A stretch of 64,000 bases of DNA from Candidatus Sulfotelmatobacter sp. Its GTDB lineage: Bacteria; Acidobacteriota; Terriglobia; Terriglobales; Acidobacteriaceae. Below the pieces are notes generated by a model. The model was not told the DNA's origin. It searched no databases and saw nothing but the letters and a program-made list of their open reading frames with translations. The stretch is from assembly GCA_030041475.1 (NCBI GenBank), contig JASHNU010000074.1:50528-114527 (forward strand), written 5' to 3'. This document shows, in pieces, positions 55,499 to 64,000 of the stretch. The position numbers were made by a program, and so were the translations under genes. Position 1 is the first letter of the stretch. Every line of letters begins with the position of its first letter.

Positions 55499-58048
55499 TT
55501 GCTCGATTTTCTGGGAGATTTACGACGCACGCACATGTGCGGCACGCTGCGTTCCTCCGACGCCGGCAAGAAGGCCGTGCTCATGGGCTGGGTGAACAAG
55601 CGGCGTGACCACGGCAGCCTGCTCTTCATCGACCTGCGCGACCGCACGGGCATCATGCAGGTCGTGGTTAACGCCGAACGCAACGCGGCCATCCATGAAA
55701 AGGCGGAAACGCTGCGCAACGAATACGTCATCGCCGCGATTGGCACGGTGAAGTTGCGCGACGCCAACACGATCAATCCCAACATGTCCACGGGCGAAGT
55801 GGAGCTGGTCGCCGACGACATTCGCATTCTGAACGAATCGAAGCTCCCGCCGTTCCTGCCTTCCGACACGGCGCTCACCAACGAAGAGACGCGGCTGAAG
55901 TACCGGTACATCGACCTGCGGCGCGACGTGATGCAGTTCAACATTGAGACGCGGCACAAAGTGGCCAAGGCGATTCGCGACTACCTTTCGGGACAGGGAT
56001 TTTTCGAGATCGAGACGCCGTTTATGACGCGGTCCACGCCCGAGGGCGCGCGTGATTATCTCGTGCCCAGCCGCGTGCAGCCGGGAACGTTCTACGCCCT
56101 GCCGCAGTCGCCGCAGATGTTCAAACAGATTCTGATGATTTCGGGATTCGACAAATATTTCCAGATCGTGCGCTGCTTCCGCGACGAGGACCTGCGCGCC
56201 GACCGCCAGCCTGAGTTCACGCAGATCGATCTTGAGATTTCCTATCCGCAGCCGGAGCGGGTGTGGGAGGTGGTGGAAGGATTTTTGACCGCGGCGTTCA
56301 AGGCTGCCGGATTCGAGATCAAGACGCCGTTTCCGCGCATGGACTATGACGAGGGCATCCGTCAGTTCGGCATCGACAAGCCCGATCTGCGGTTGCCTGC
56401 GTTCACGGATGTGCGCGACTGTTTCAGCGCGGAAAATCTGCAGGAACTGGCAATCAACGCGAATCTGCCGGTGATCGCGATCCGCACGCCGAAGGTCGGC
56501 GAGTTGTCACGCAAGGAGCGGGATGACATCAAGCCGATGTTCCACTCCAAGGGTGGCGCTCGCGTGTATGAAGATTTCAAGCGCATCGGCAATAAGTATC
56601 CCGAGGCTGCGACTGCGATTACGAAGAAATGTGGCGCGCAAGATGGCGACCTGATCGTGTTGGTGGCCGGGTCGGCGCAGGCCGGGCCGCAGACGGCAAT
56701 GCCGGCGCATCGCAAGGTGACGCCGGCGGAGCTTTTGATCTACGCCTCGGCGGGCCTGCTGCGGCTGGCGCTGGGGCAGAAATACGCCGAGCGGCACAAG
56801 TGTTTTCAGCGGGGCGATTTCCGTTTTATGTGGGTCACGAATTTTCCTATGTTCGAATGGGACCAGGACGAAGGGCAGTGGATGGCGGCGCACCATCCGT
56901 TTACTTCGCCGCACGAAGAGGACATGGGCCTGCTGGAAGCGGGAGTGGACTCAGTGAAGGATCCGCAGTCGCCTCTGAGCGCCGTGCGGGCACTGGCCTA
57001 CGATGTGGTTCTGAACGGTACCGAACTCGGCTCGGGATCGATTCGTATTCATCGGCAGGATATTCAGCGCAAGATCTTCAAGGCCCTGGGCATGAGCGAC
57101 GAAGAAGCAAAGTCGCGCTTTGGATTCTTCCTGGAAGCGCTGGAATATGGCACGCCTCCGCATGGGGGCATTGCGCTTGGCCTGGACCGCATCGTCATGA
57201 TTCTGGCCGGGGCGGAGAGTCTGCGCGAAGTCATTCCGTTCCCCAAGACCGCGCGCGCGGTGGATTTGATGGTCGATGCGCCGACAAGCGTTGCCGTCAC
57301 ACAGGAGGAGCAAGTCGAACTCATGGCGGCGTGGTCCGAGCTTTCAGATCAGGAGTGGAGGCTGGCCCATGTCTGCGACGAGCTTCTAGGGATTACTCGC
57401 GAGACGATTTCTGAGAATCCGCTTTCAGTGGACGCACTTCATCGGAGAGCTACATCTCTTATCCTTGGAAAGGCATTTAACGACGCCCGTAGCGCGATTA
57501 AGTTGGCGAAGGCGGGCTATGGCGTTCAAGCTGCTGCCTTAGCCCGCTCTCTTGTTGAGGCATCCATCAATCTACAGTACATAGAAAAGGACCCTGAACC
57601 CCGATCGGCCGAGTTCCTTGACCTTGGGAGCGACGAACGGAGAAAGCTCTTTTCGCGGGTGAAGAGTCACCCGCACACTCAAGAAGTTGCGGATGCCTTT
57701 AGTCGCTTCCAGTTCATTTCCCAGAAAAGCGCGTGGCCCAAGACGTTGTCCGAAAGGGCCTATGCGGTTGACAATCCTTCCTACGATTACGATGTAGTTT
57801 TTCTCCTCCTATCGCAACTTATACATTCATCTCCTTCGGGCTTGGTAGGGCAATTGAGCACGCTTGATGGCCGGAGCTTCGAAATACAGATCGGCAGGTC
57901 TCATGAGTGGATTGATACCGCTCTTGCACTTGTTTTTATGTATTTCGCACAGATTTCGCAAACTGCGTTCAATACATTTGGCCTGGACTGCCAAGGGCTA
58001 CAGCCGACGTTCGATGCCTTTAGGAAGCTTCATCCCCAGGGTATGTGA
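55499..58048 (+). CDS. aspS: Aspartate-tRNA ligase whose ORF continues into an unrelated C-terminal module of about 240 aa
   Basis: 849-aa ORF. Residues 1 to about 608 are canonical AspRS (GWVNKRRDHGSLLFIDLRD, FYALPQSPQMFKQ, FRDEDLRADRQPEFTQID, GSIRIH, HGGIALGLDRIVM, IPFPKT). Bacterial AspRS normally ends about 20-30 aa after the xAPS/T motif. Here the frame stays open for another 240 or so codons. Confidence 0.9.
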   Translation: MLDFLGDLRRTHMCGTLRSSDAGKKAVLMGWVNKRRDHGSLLFIDLRDRTGIMQVVVNAERNAAIHEKAETLRNEYVIAAIGTVKLRDANTINPNMSTGEVELVADDIRILNESKLPPFLPSDTALTNEETRLKYRYIDLRRDVMQFNIETRHKVAKAIRDYLSGQGFFEIETPFMTRSTPEGARDYLVPSRVQPGTFYALPQSPQMFKQILMISGFDKYFQIVRCFRDEDLRADRQPEFTQIDLEISYPQPERVWEVVEGFLTAAFKAAGFEIKTPFPRMDYDEGIRQFGIDKPDLRLPAFTDVRDCFSAENLQELAINANLPVIAIRTPKVGELSRKERDDIKPMFHSKGGARVYEDFKRIGNKYPEAATAITKKCGAQDGDLIVLVAGSAQAGPQTAMPAHRKVTPAELLIYASAGLLRLALGQKYAERHKCFQRGDFRFMWVTNFPMFEWDQDEGQWMAAHHPFTSPHEEDMGLLEAGVDSVKDPQSPLSAVRALAYDVVLNGTELGSGSIRIHRQDIQRKIFKALGMSDEEAKSRFGFFLEALEYGTPPHGGIALGLDRIVMILAGAESLREVIPFPKTARAVDLMVDAPTSVAVTQEEQVELMAAWSELSDQEWRLAHVCDELLGITRETISENPLSVDALHRRATSLILGKAFNDARSAIKLAKAGYGVQAAALARSLVEASINLQYIEKDPEPRSAEFLDLGSDERRKLFSRVKSHPHTQEVADAFSRFQFISQKSAWPKTLSERAYAVDNPSYDYDVVFLLLSQLIHSSPSGLVGQLSTLDGRSFEIQIGRSHEWIDTALALVFMYFAQISQTAFNTFGLDCQGLQPTFDAFRKLHPQGM
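57323..58048 (+). other. Lower-GC DUF5677-like helical module fused in frame to (or internally initiated within) aspS
   Basis: It starts at an in-frame ATG (57323) 14 nt after aggagg. The motif AAALARSLVEASINLQYIEKDPEPRSAEFL resembles the R-x-L-x-E-x-x-I-x-L-x-Y-I core I associate with DUF5677. My hand count is 51% G+C over 57361..58020, against 60% over 55981..56280. Confidence 0.55.
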
Positions 58049-58074
58049 GCTGTGTGAAACAGCTTTGTTTTCTT
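58048..58074 (+). terminator. AT-rich intrinsic terminator directly after the aspS-fusion stop
   Basis: agctgt-gtgaa-acagct, followed by ttgttttctt. Confidence 0.5.
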
Positions 58075-58130
58075 GTTCGGGGAAGGGACCCACTCTCACC
58101 AGCGTCGCCATGATGGTGCTGCCATTGATA

Positions 58131-58205
58131 CCTCGGCGGCTAAAGCCACTGTTTCCATGGCCACTCTATCGCAGCGCTGGAAGCGCTGCGCCACCCAAGA
58201 GCACT
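58131..58205 (+). repeat. REP-like element, family B (intergenic copy)
   Basis: cctcggcggctaaagccac...gcagcgctggaagcgctgcgccacccaagagcac. It shares the cggctaaagcc head with 33452 and 37470 and the tail with 47364. Confidence 0.75.
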
Positions 58206-58268
58206 CTTTGTTTAGCGGATTTCCGTTTTGAAACTTCTGATGGCGCAGCCTGTGCTAGTCTGCCTGCT

Positions 58269-59498
58269 ATGACGGACGGCATTTCGACGCACTCTTCCGG
58301 TGCTCCCATCACGCACCGCAAGCACTTCCTCAGCGACAAGGTTGCGCACTTCACTGAATCCGTCATCCGTGAGATGACGCGGCAGGCCATGCTGCATGGC
58401 GCCGTCAATCTTGCGCAGGGATTTCCCGACTTCCCCGCTCCTGCCGAGATCAAACAGGCCGCGCAGCAGGCCATCGCCGCGGACGTGAATCAGTACGCCA
58501 TCACCTGGGGCGCGAAGAACCTGCGCAACGCGATCGCGCGACAGATGCTGGCCGCGCATGGGATGGAAGTCGATCCCGAGAAGGAAATTACGGTCTGCTG
58601 CGGGTCAACCGAGGCGATGATTTCAACTCTGCTAGCCTGCTGCAACGCGGGCGACGAAGTCGTAATCTTTGAGCCGTTCTATGAGAACTACGGGCCGGAC
58701 TCGGTGCTGAGCGGGGCAAAGCCGAAGTTTGTGAAGCTGCGTCCGCCGAAGGATCAGAACGGTGAGTGGACGTTCGACGAAAAAGAATTGCGCCGCACTT
58801 TCGACAAGCATACGAAAGCGATCATTCTGAATACCCCGAACAACCCAACCGGCAAGGTTTTCACACGGGGCGAGCTGGAGCTAATCCGCGACCTGTGCGT
58901 CGAGTTCGATGTGCTGGCGATTACCGACGAGATTTACGAGCACATTCTTTACGATGGGACGAAGCATATTTCGATGGCGTCGCTCGAAGGCATGCGTGAG
59001 CGGACGGTGACCATCAACGGCATGTCGAAGACCTACAGTGTGACGGGATGGCGCGTGGGATGGACCGTGGCGCCGGAGAAGATCACGACGGCGATCCGCA
59101 AGGTGCACGATTTTCTGACGGTGGGCGCGCCCGCTCCGCTGCAAGAGGCGGGCGCGGCGGCGCTCAGCCTGCCCGCCGAATATTATGCGAGGCTCGCCGA
59201 GGGATATCGCGTTCGCCGTGATCATCTCGTGCCGGCGCTGGCTGCGGCCGGTTTCAAGTGCTTCCTGCCGCGCGGGGCGTATTACGTGATGACCGACATT
59301 TCGGCCTTCGGCTACAGCGACGATGTTTCTTTCGCGCGTTATCTGGTGCAGGAAATTGGCGTGGCAACCGTGCCGGGATCGAGTTTCTACCGCGATCCGC
59401 GCGATGGAGCGCAGCAGATTCGATTCGCGTTCTGCAAGAGGCCGGAGACGCTGGATGAGGCGGTGCGACGGCTGGGGAAGTTGCGCCGGTCGAAATGA
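58269..59498 (+). CDS. Class I/II PLP aminotransferase (kynurenine/methionine/aspartate aminotransferase-like)
   Basis: The internal ATG of track ORF 57864.. gives MTDGISTHSS.... Motifs are NLAQGFPDF, NTPNNPTGKVF, the PLP Lys in NGMSKTYSVTGWRVGW and a C-terminal IRFAFCK. The upstream part of the ORF runs through the REP element. Confidence 0.88.
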   Translation: MTDGISTHSSGAPITHRKHFLSDKVAHFTESVIREMTRQAMLHGAVNLAQGFPDFPAPAEIKQAAQQAIAADVNQYAITWGAKNLRNAIARQMLAAHGMEVDPEKEITVCCGSTEAMISTLLACCNAGDEVVIFEPFYENYGPDSVLSGAKPKFVKLRPPKDQNGEWTFDEKELRRTFDKHTKAIILNTPNNPTGKVFTRGELELIRDLCVEFDVLAITDEIYEHILYDGTKHISMASLEGMRERTVTINGMSKTYSVTGWRVGWTVAPEKITTAIRKVHDFLTVGAPAPLQEAGAAALSLPAEYYARLAEGYRVRRDHLVPALAAAGFKCFLPRGAYYVMTDISAFGYSDDVSFARYLVQEIGVATVPGSSFYRDPRDGAQQIRFAFCKRPETLDEAVRRLGKLRRSK

Positions 59499-59541
59499 AC
59501 CAAATTAAGTGCCGTCCCTGCCCGGGACTCTTCTTGTAGCC

Positions 59542-59561
59542 ATCCACCCTACCCGGCACTG
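59542..59561. terminator. Shared hairpin between convergent aminotransferase and sodC genes
   Basis: cccggcac-tgcc-gtgccggg has the same stem sequence as the terminator at 33398. No T-tract is present. Confidence 0.45.
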
Positions 59562-59602
59562 CCGTGCCGGGCTGTCACATTCCGCCGCTTCGCGGCTGGC
59601 CG

Positions 59603-60115
59603 CTACTTCGTGAGCACGCCGCAGGCGATGCGATCTCCGGAGTTGCCGGAAGGGTCGGTTTTGTAATCGTCGGCTTTGGCGTGGACGACGATCGCGGCGC
59701 CGCTCGTCAATAGAGAGTGCGGGCCATCCTTAAGCGTGACATCGGTGTTTTCCAACCTGCCTTCTGCCTTGCCGTCCGCGGCAACCGTAAAGTTCTTCAT
59801 GTCGCCGGCGTGATGGCCGTCGGGGTTGTCGAAGCCGTGCTTCTTGCCTTCCGGATTGAAGTGGCCGCCTGCAGACTTGAAATCGGGCGCTTCACACTTC
59901 GGCGTCTGGTGGAAGTGAATCGCGTGCTCCCCTGGAGGTAGATCATGAAGATTCAGCTGAAGTCCGACCCCGCTGTCGGTATCCCAGAGAATCACGCTGC
60001 CGACAGATTTTCCCTGAGCATCTTTGAGTTCCACGTTGGTCTTGGCGGCGCTCCGCGATGAGAGGGCGATTACCGCGAAGCACAATCCGAGGGTTAGAAA
60101 GGCAAGGTGTCTCAT
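59603..60115 (-). CDS. sodC: Periplasmic Cu,Zn superoxide dismutase
   Basis: 170 aa with a signal peptide. Metal ligand blocks are HAIHFHQ, GGHFNP, HHAGDM and [11 protein letters not shown]. Confidence 0.9.
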   Translation of the reverse strand: MRHLAFLTLGLCFAVIALSSRSAAKTNVELKDAQGKSVGSVILWDTDSGVGLQLNLHDLPPGEHAIHFHQTPKCEAPDFKSAGGHFNPEGKKHGFDNPDGHHAGDMKNFTVAADGKAEGRLENTDVTLKDGPHSLLTSGAAIVVHAKADDYKTDPSGNSGDRIACGVLTK

Positions 60116-60261
60116 ATTTCAGGCCTCCTGGCGATCAGCGGAAATTATAGCCAAACTCTGACCGCAACTGGGGCATCTCAACTGCCAATGCCGAGTTCTC
60201 CACAAAAATCTGGAGTATACTGCGAGAAAGTTCCCGAAATTCGGTCAGGAAGAGTGCACTT

Positions 60262-60549
60262 ATGGCGTTGAATGCAGTGGGGCAGGTAGCAGACCAGGTT
60301 CCCGCGGACGATTTTCAGGCTCTGGAAGAGAAAGTTTATCGCACCATAGAAATGTACAAGGCGGCGCGGCAGTCGCAGGCTGCGGCCGAGCGCGATGCGC
60401 AGCGTCTGCGGCAGCAACTGGAAGAGCGCGAAGAGGAATTGATCGCGCTGCGGCGCGAGGCGGTCCAGTTAAAGAAAGAAAGGGAAGTCATCCGCGGGCG
60501 CGTGGAGAAAATGCTGGAGCAGATCGAGTCGATTGCCGAAGCCAGCTGA
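60262..60549 (+). CDS. ZapB-like coiled-coil cell-division protein
   Basis: 95 aa, almost entirely coiled coil (LEEKVYRTIEMYKAARQ...LRQQLEEREEELIALRREAVQLKKERE). It sits immediately upstream of zapA. Confidence 0.6.
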   Translation: MALNAVGQVADQVPADDFQALEEKVYRTIEMYKAARQSQAAAERDAQRLRQQLEEREEELIALRREAVQLKKEREVIRGRVEKMLEQIESIAEAS

Positions 60550-60598
60550 CGCGGGCTGAAGCGCACCCAACATCAGCGCAAGTCGTGCGAGGAGAGTT

Positions 60599-60934
60599 GT
60601 GGCTACAGCGACGAAAAATCAGGCGGTAAAGGACGCGCAAAACGCCAGCGTGCGGGTGGAAATCTTCGACCAGGCTTACAACCTGCGCGGCACCGACCCC
60701 GAATACATTCTGAAACTCGCCGAATATGTCGATTCCAAGATGCGGGCCGTTGCTGAAGCGACCAATACGATTGACACGGTGCGGCTGGCGGTACTGGCGG
60801 CGCTCAATATTGCGGACGAATATCACCTGCTCAAACGAAAGCAGGACAGCGGAGCAACCGACTACCAGAGGCGCGCGCATCTATTAGCAGATGCGCTGGA
60901 TAAAGTACTGGGTGACGACCGCAAGGCGGGATAG
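60599..60934 (+). CDS. zapA: Cell division protein ZapA
   Basis: 111 aa, GTG start: VRVEIFDQAYNLRGTDPEYILKLAEYVDSKMRAV...AVLAALNIADEY. Confidence 0.8.
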   Translation: MATATKNQAVKDAQNASVRVEIFDQAYNLRGTDPEYILKLAEYVDSKMRAVAEATNTIDTVRLAVLAALNIADEYHLLKRKQDSGATDYQRRAHLLADALDKVLGDDRKAG

Positions 60935-61925
60935 GCTGCGCGCTGCGACATTTCTCTTCTTCTTTACGCTGCTTTCTGTCAGCGTACTCTCCCGGGAAGC
61001 GACTTCGCAGGAAACGACTCTTCGCACTCAATCCAATGTGGTGCTGATTCCGGCGCTGGTTAAGGATCAGCAGGGCGGAATCGTGTATGGACTGCCGGCC
61101 AGCGACTTCGTAGTTGAAGACGACGGAGTCGAGCAGACTGTGCGTCTGGACGAAGTTCCTGAAGTGCAACCCATCTCGCTGGTCATCGCTATCCAGCGCG
61201 GGCGCCGAGCCTACTATGAATTCCCGCGCATGTCGGGCTTGAAGTCCATGCTGGACCCGCTGTTCAGCCTGGGAACGGTGCGAGTGGCGCTGGTGGAGTT
61301 CGACCGCGAGGTTGACCTTACGCGGGACTTCACAAGTGACGGCAACCTGATCACCGTTGACCTGAACCATCTGCAGGCGGGAAATGGAGGCGCGGCAATT
61401 CTCGATGCCATCGACTATTCGGTCAGCCTGCTCAAGAAGGAACCGGAAGGCCGGGAGCGAGTTCTCTTGCTGATCAGCGAGACTCGCGACCATGCCAGCA
61501 TCCTGCGGAACAAGTTGGATGCTGTCGTGGCTGCGGTCGGCGGAAGCAACACGCTGGTTTATACGCTCACATTTTCGCCCGCCCTCTCGAATATTTTTGA
61601 TACTGAGCGCGGCACGAACATGGAAGAAATGCATGCCTCGCCCGATCTGCTCGCACCGATGCTGATGGCCGTTCAGGCTATGCGGAAGAACATTCCCAAA
61701 ACCGTGGCCGAGCTAACCGGTGGCGAATACGAGATGTTCGAGACCAGGAAGAAATTCGACGTGCGCATGAACGACTTCACCAACCACCTGCACAGCCGCT
61801 ACATGCTGAGTATAGCGCCGAAGAATCCGCATCCCGGGCTGCACCAGATTCGAGTGCGGCTGAAAGATGCGCGAAATAAAACCGTGCTGGCACGCAGCAG
61901 CTATTGGGCTGAAGGGAACCGCTAA
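60891..61925 (+). CDS. VWA-domain protein of the VWFA-related acidobacterial type
   Basis: 344 aa with an N-terminal signal/TM. LRTQSNVVLIPALVKDQQGGIVYGLPASDFVVEDDGVEQTV is followed by a VWA fold (ISLVIAI...). Its start overlaps the zapA 3' end by about 44 nt in another frame, so the start is uncertain. Confidence 0.75.
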   Translation: MRWIKYWVTTARRDRLRAATFLFFFTLLSVSVLSREATSQETTLRTQSNVVLIPALVKDQQGGIVYGLPASDFVVEDDGVEQTVRLDEVPEVQPISLVIAIQRGRRAYYEFPRMSGLKSMLDPLFSLGTVRVALVEFDREVDLTRDFTSDGNLITVDLNHLQAGNGGAAILDAIDYSVSLLKKEPEGRERVLLLISETRDHASILRNKLDAVVAAVGGSNTLVYTLTFSPALSNIFDTERGTNMEEMHASPDLLAPMLMAVQAMRKNIPKTVAELTGGEYEMFETRKKFDVRMNDFTNHLHSRYMLSIAPKNPHPGLHQIRVRLKDARNKTVLARSSYWAEGNR

Positions 61926-61931
61926 AGGTTC

Positions 61932-64000
61932 CTACGGAGTGCGCTCGCTTTGAAAAGTGGCTGCAGGCGCGTCCAGAACTTCGCGCACTTTGGCGATCAG
62001 TGCGGAGAGAGTGAACGGCTTGGGCAGAAACCACAGTCCCTCATCGAGCACGCCGAAGTGGGCGATGGCGTTGTTCGTGTAACCGGAAATATAGAGCACT
62101 CGCGTTTTCGGAGAAATTTGCAGAATTTTTTCCGCCAGCTGTCGGCCGTTCATGGTCGGCATGATCACGTCGGTGACGAGCAGGCGCAGGTCACGATGGT
62201 TCGATTGTGCGACCGTCAACGCTTCCTCAGGCCCGCCGGCGACCAGAACCTTGTAGCCGCAATGCGCCAGAACCGAGGAGCTGAGCTGGCGAAGTTGCGG
62301 ATCGTCTTCCACGAGCAGAATGGTTTCGGTGCCGCGCTGCACGCCGCCCGGTCTGCGATCCGATCCGAGCGTTTGCGCGGTCTGATCCACGCGGGGGAAA
62401 TAAATTTTGAAACTGGTTCCGCGGCCCGGCTCGCTGTAGACCCAAATGTAGCCGCCGCTCTGCTTGATGATCCCATACACGGTCGAAAGGCCAAGACCAG
62501 TTCCTTTACCCACTTCCTTGGTAGTGAAGAAAGGTTCGAAGACGCGAGCCCGCACCTCCGGCGTCATGCCGTGCCCGTTGTCACTAACGACCAGCATCAC
62601 GTAATGCCCCGGGCCGATCGGCTGATGTTCACCGGCATAGGCTTCATCGAGATCAACGTTGGCAGTTTCCAGAGTCAGTGTGCCGCCCTGCGGCATGGCG
62701 TCGCGGGCATTCAAGGCCAGGTTCATCAGCACCTGCTCAATCTGTCCAGGATCAGCCCGGACTGAGCCCAGGCCGTTAGCAGGCATCGTAATCACTTCGA
62801 TGTCTTCGCCGATGAGCCGGCGCAGAAGCGAGTCCAGGTTCAGCACGATGTCATTCAAGTTGATGATGCGAGGCGAGAGCACCTGCTTGCGGCTGAACGC
62901 CAGCAACTGGCGGGTGATGCCGGCGGCACGGTCTGCCGCCGATTTGATCTGTGCGGCGCTCTCCGCCAGCCGGCTGCCGGAAGGAACACCATCGGCCAGA
63001 ATTTGCGTGTAGCCGATGATGACGGTCAGAAGGTTGTTGAAGTCGTGAGCCACACCGCCAGCCAGGCGCCCGACCGCCTCCATCTTTTGCGACTGCCGCA
63101 GTCTTTCTTCGAGCCCCACGCGTTCGCTGACGTCCTGCACCAGCGAGGCGACACCGAGCACTCGTCCCGCATCGTCGATCAGCGGCGTGTTATACCACTC
63201 GCAGGAGATCAGGCGGCCGTCTTTGGTCACGTTGTCGTTGGCGGCGCCGCGCTTCCCACCTTTCTTCGTGGTCAGCAGATCTTGCCAGACGCGGTCCACC
63301 GCGGGGCGAACATCGGGCGGGACAATGAAATGCCCGTGCTGACCGATGGCCTCTGTTCGCGTGTAGCCGAAGATGCGCTCAGCAGCGGGATTCCAGGTGA
63401 CCACGCGGAAGTCGAGATCCCATTCCACGACCGCGAGGGGCGTGTTCTCGATATGCATCTGAAGTTTCTGTTCCGATTGGCGAATTTCTTCTTCGGCCCG
63501 CTTGCGATCTGTAATGTCGCGGCAAATGCCGAGCAACCCCACAACAAGACCGCTAGGATCGTGAAAGGGCCCCTTTGTCGCCGAGTACAACCGTGTAACG
63601 CCCGCGGCGGTGCCGAATTCCTCATAAGTCTGAACCCCCCCGGACTCGATCACCTTGCGGTCACGCTCCATGATGTCGCGGCCGACCTCCGGAACGAACA
63701 GCTCCGCATCTGTCCGGCCGATCACCTCATCCACCGTGTGTCCGAGGAAGCGGGCGCCGGCGGAATTGATCATTAGGTAGCGGCCCTCAAGATCCTTCAC
63801 GAACACGGCGTCGGTTGTGCCCTCGGTGATTCCCTGCAGCAGCGTAAGGTTTCTCTCCAGTGCGCGCGAACTGACCAGCATTTGACTCTGCACCAGGACC
63901 AGGCGCGCACTGGCGGCGGCAAAGGATGCGGTTACCAAAATCACCGACCAGAGAAACTGTTCCTGAGCAATGCGCAAAGCCAGCGCAAACACAATTGCAG
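61932..64000 (-). CDS. Hybrid sensor histidine kinase/response regulator (TM - PAS - PAS - HisKA - HATPase - REC); open at the right edge
   Basis: Two PAS blocks are present. The H-box is GGVAHDFNNLLTVIIGY, with LNLALNARDAM, DNGHGM and GTGLGLS, and the C-terminal receiver has LLVEDDP, LLVTDVIMP and YISGY. There is no in-frame stop between the listed GTG (63992) and position 64000, so the true start probably lies outside the window. Confidence 0.88.
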   Translation of the reverse strand, partial: AIVFALALRIAQEQFLWSVILVTASFAAASARLVLVQSQMLVSSRALERNLTLLQGITEGTTDAVFVKDLEGRYLMINSAGARFLGHTVDEVIGRTDAELFVPEVGRDIMERDRKVIESGGVQTYEEFGTAAGVTRLYSATKGPFHDPSGLVVGLLGICRDITDRKRAEEEIRQSEQKLQMHIENTPLAVVEWDLDFRVVTWNPAAERIFGYTRTEAIGQHGHFIVPPDVRPAVDRVWQDLLTTKKGGKRGAANDNVTKDGRLISCEWYNTPLIDDAGRVLGVASLVQDVSERVGLEERLRQSQKMEAVGRLAGGVAHDFNNLLTVIIGYTQILADGVPSGSRLAESAAQIKSAADRAAGITRQLLAFSRKQVLSPRIINLNDIVLNLDSLLRRLIGEDIEVITMPANGLGSVRADPGQIEQVLMNLALNARDAMPQGGTLTLETANVDLDEAYAGEHQPIGPGHYVMLVVSDNGHGMTPEVRARVFEPFFTTKEVGKGTGLGLSTVYGIIKQSGGYIWVYSEPGRGTSFKIYFPRVDQTAQTLGSDRRPGGVQRGTETILLVEDDPQLRQLSSSVLAHCGYKVLVAGGPEEALTVAQSNHRDLRLLVTDVIMPTMNGRQLAEKILQISPKTRVLYISGYTNNAIAHFGVLDEGLWFLPKPFTLSALIAKVREVLDAPAATFQSERTP

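Noticed and set aside
57864-58268. Upstream 135 codons of the aminotransferase ORF.
   Set aside because: It overlaps the end of the aspS-fusion ORF and runs through its terminator and the family B REP element. Aminotransferase homology starts after the ATG at 58269.
60935-61925. Looked for a 6S RNA (ssrS) downstream of zapA, as in E. coli.
   Set aside because: The space is fully occupied by a well-supported VWA-domain CDS. No non-coding interval is available.

Overview
This is a high-GC window (about 60% G+C by hand counts) of ordinary chromosomal DNA. It is most likely from an Acidobacteriota (Terriglobia-like) genome. That inference rests on a CarboxypepD_reg-type TonB-dependent receptor, a VWFA-related acidobacterial-type protein, a GAF/zinc-ribbon protein and dispersed 'gtcattccgagcgcagcgaggaat'-type REP elements.

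I can support about 57 protein-coding genes:
- an RND efflux pair (partial at the left edge), a ureohydrolase, sucA and a lone hyuA-like gene;
- a PhoB/PhoR-like two-component pair, a TonB-dependent receptor and a PhoU-like gene;
- a block of signal-peptide/TAT enzymes (formamidase-like, beta-propeller, DUF711, Gfo/Idh/MocA);
- rnhA, dtd and acpP-fabF;
- the conserved infC-rpmI-rplT-pheS-pheT block;
- a CPBP protease, an EAL-HDOD protein, HIT, rlpA, mutY, a redoxin and an M28 peptidase;
- a 744-aa protein with a nucleotide-cyclase-like domain, a TonB-family protein, aspS, an aminotransferase and sodC;
- zapB-like/zapA, a VWA protein and a hybrid histidine kinase (open at the right edge).

I found no rRNA, tRNA, CRISPR array, transposase or integrase.

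The most unusual observations are:
1. The aspS reading frame has no stop at the normal position. It continues in frame into a lower-GC module of about 240 codons (DUF5677-like) that has its own AT-rich terminator.
2. REP-like repeat elements that also occur in intergenic DNA are inserted in frame inside pheT (including three tandem 39-bp units) and inside mutY.
3. A large orphan protein keeps the Asp/Asp/Asn-x3-Arg constellation of class III nucleotide cyclases.
4. An extra membrane-protein ORF is wedged between pheS and pheT and is translationally coupled to pheT.
5. A 730-bp gap contains an AT-rich patch (about 42% G+C) and an orphan terminator-like hairpin.

All family assignments come from motifs I recognise in the translations. 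No database search was run.
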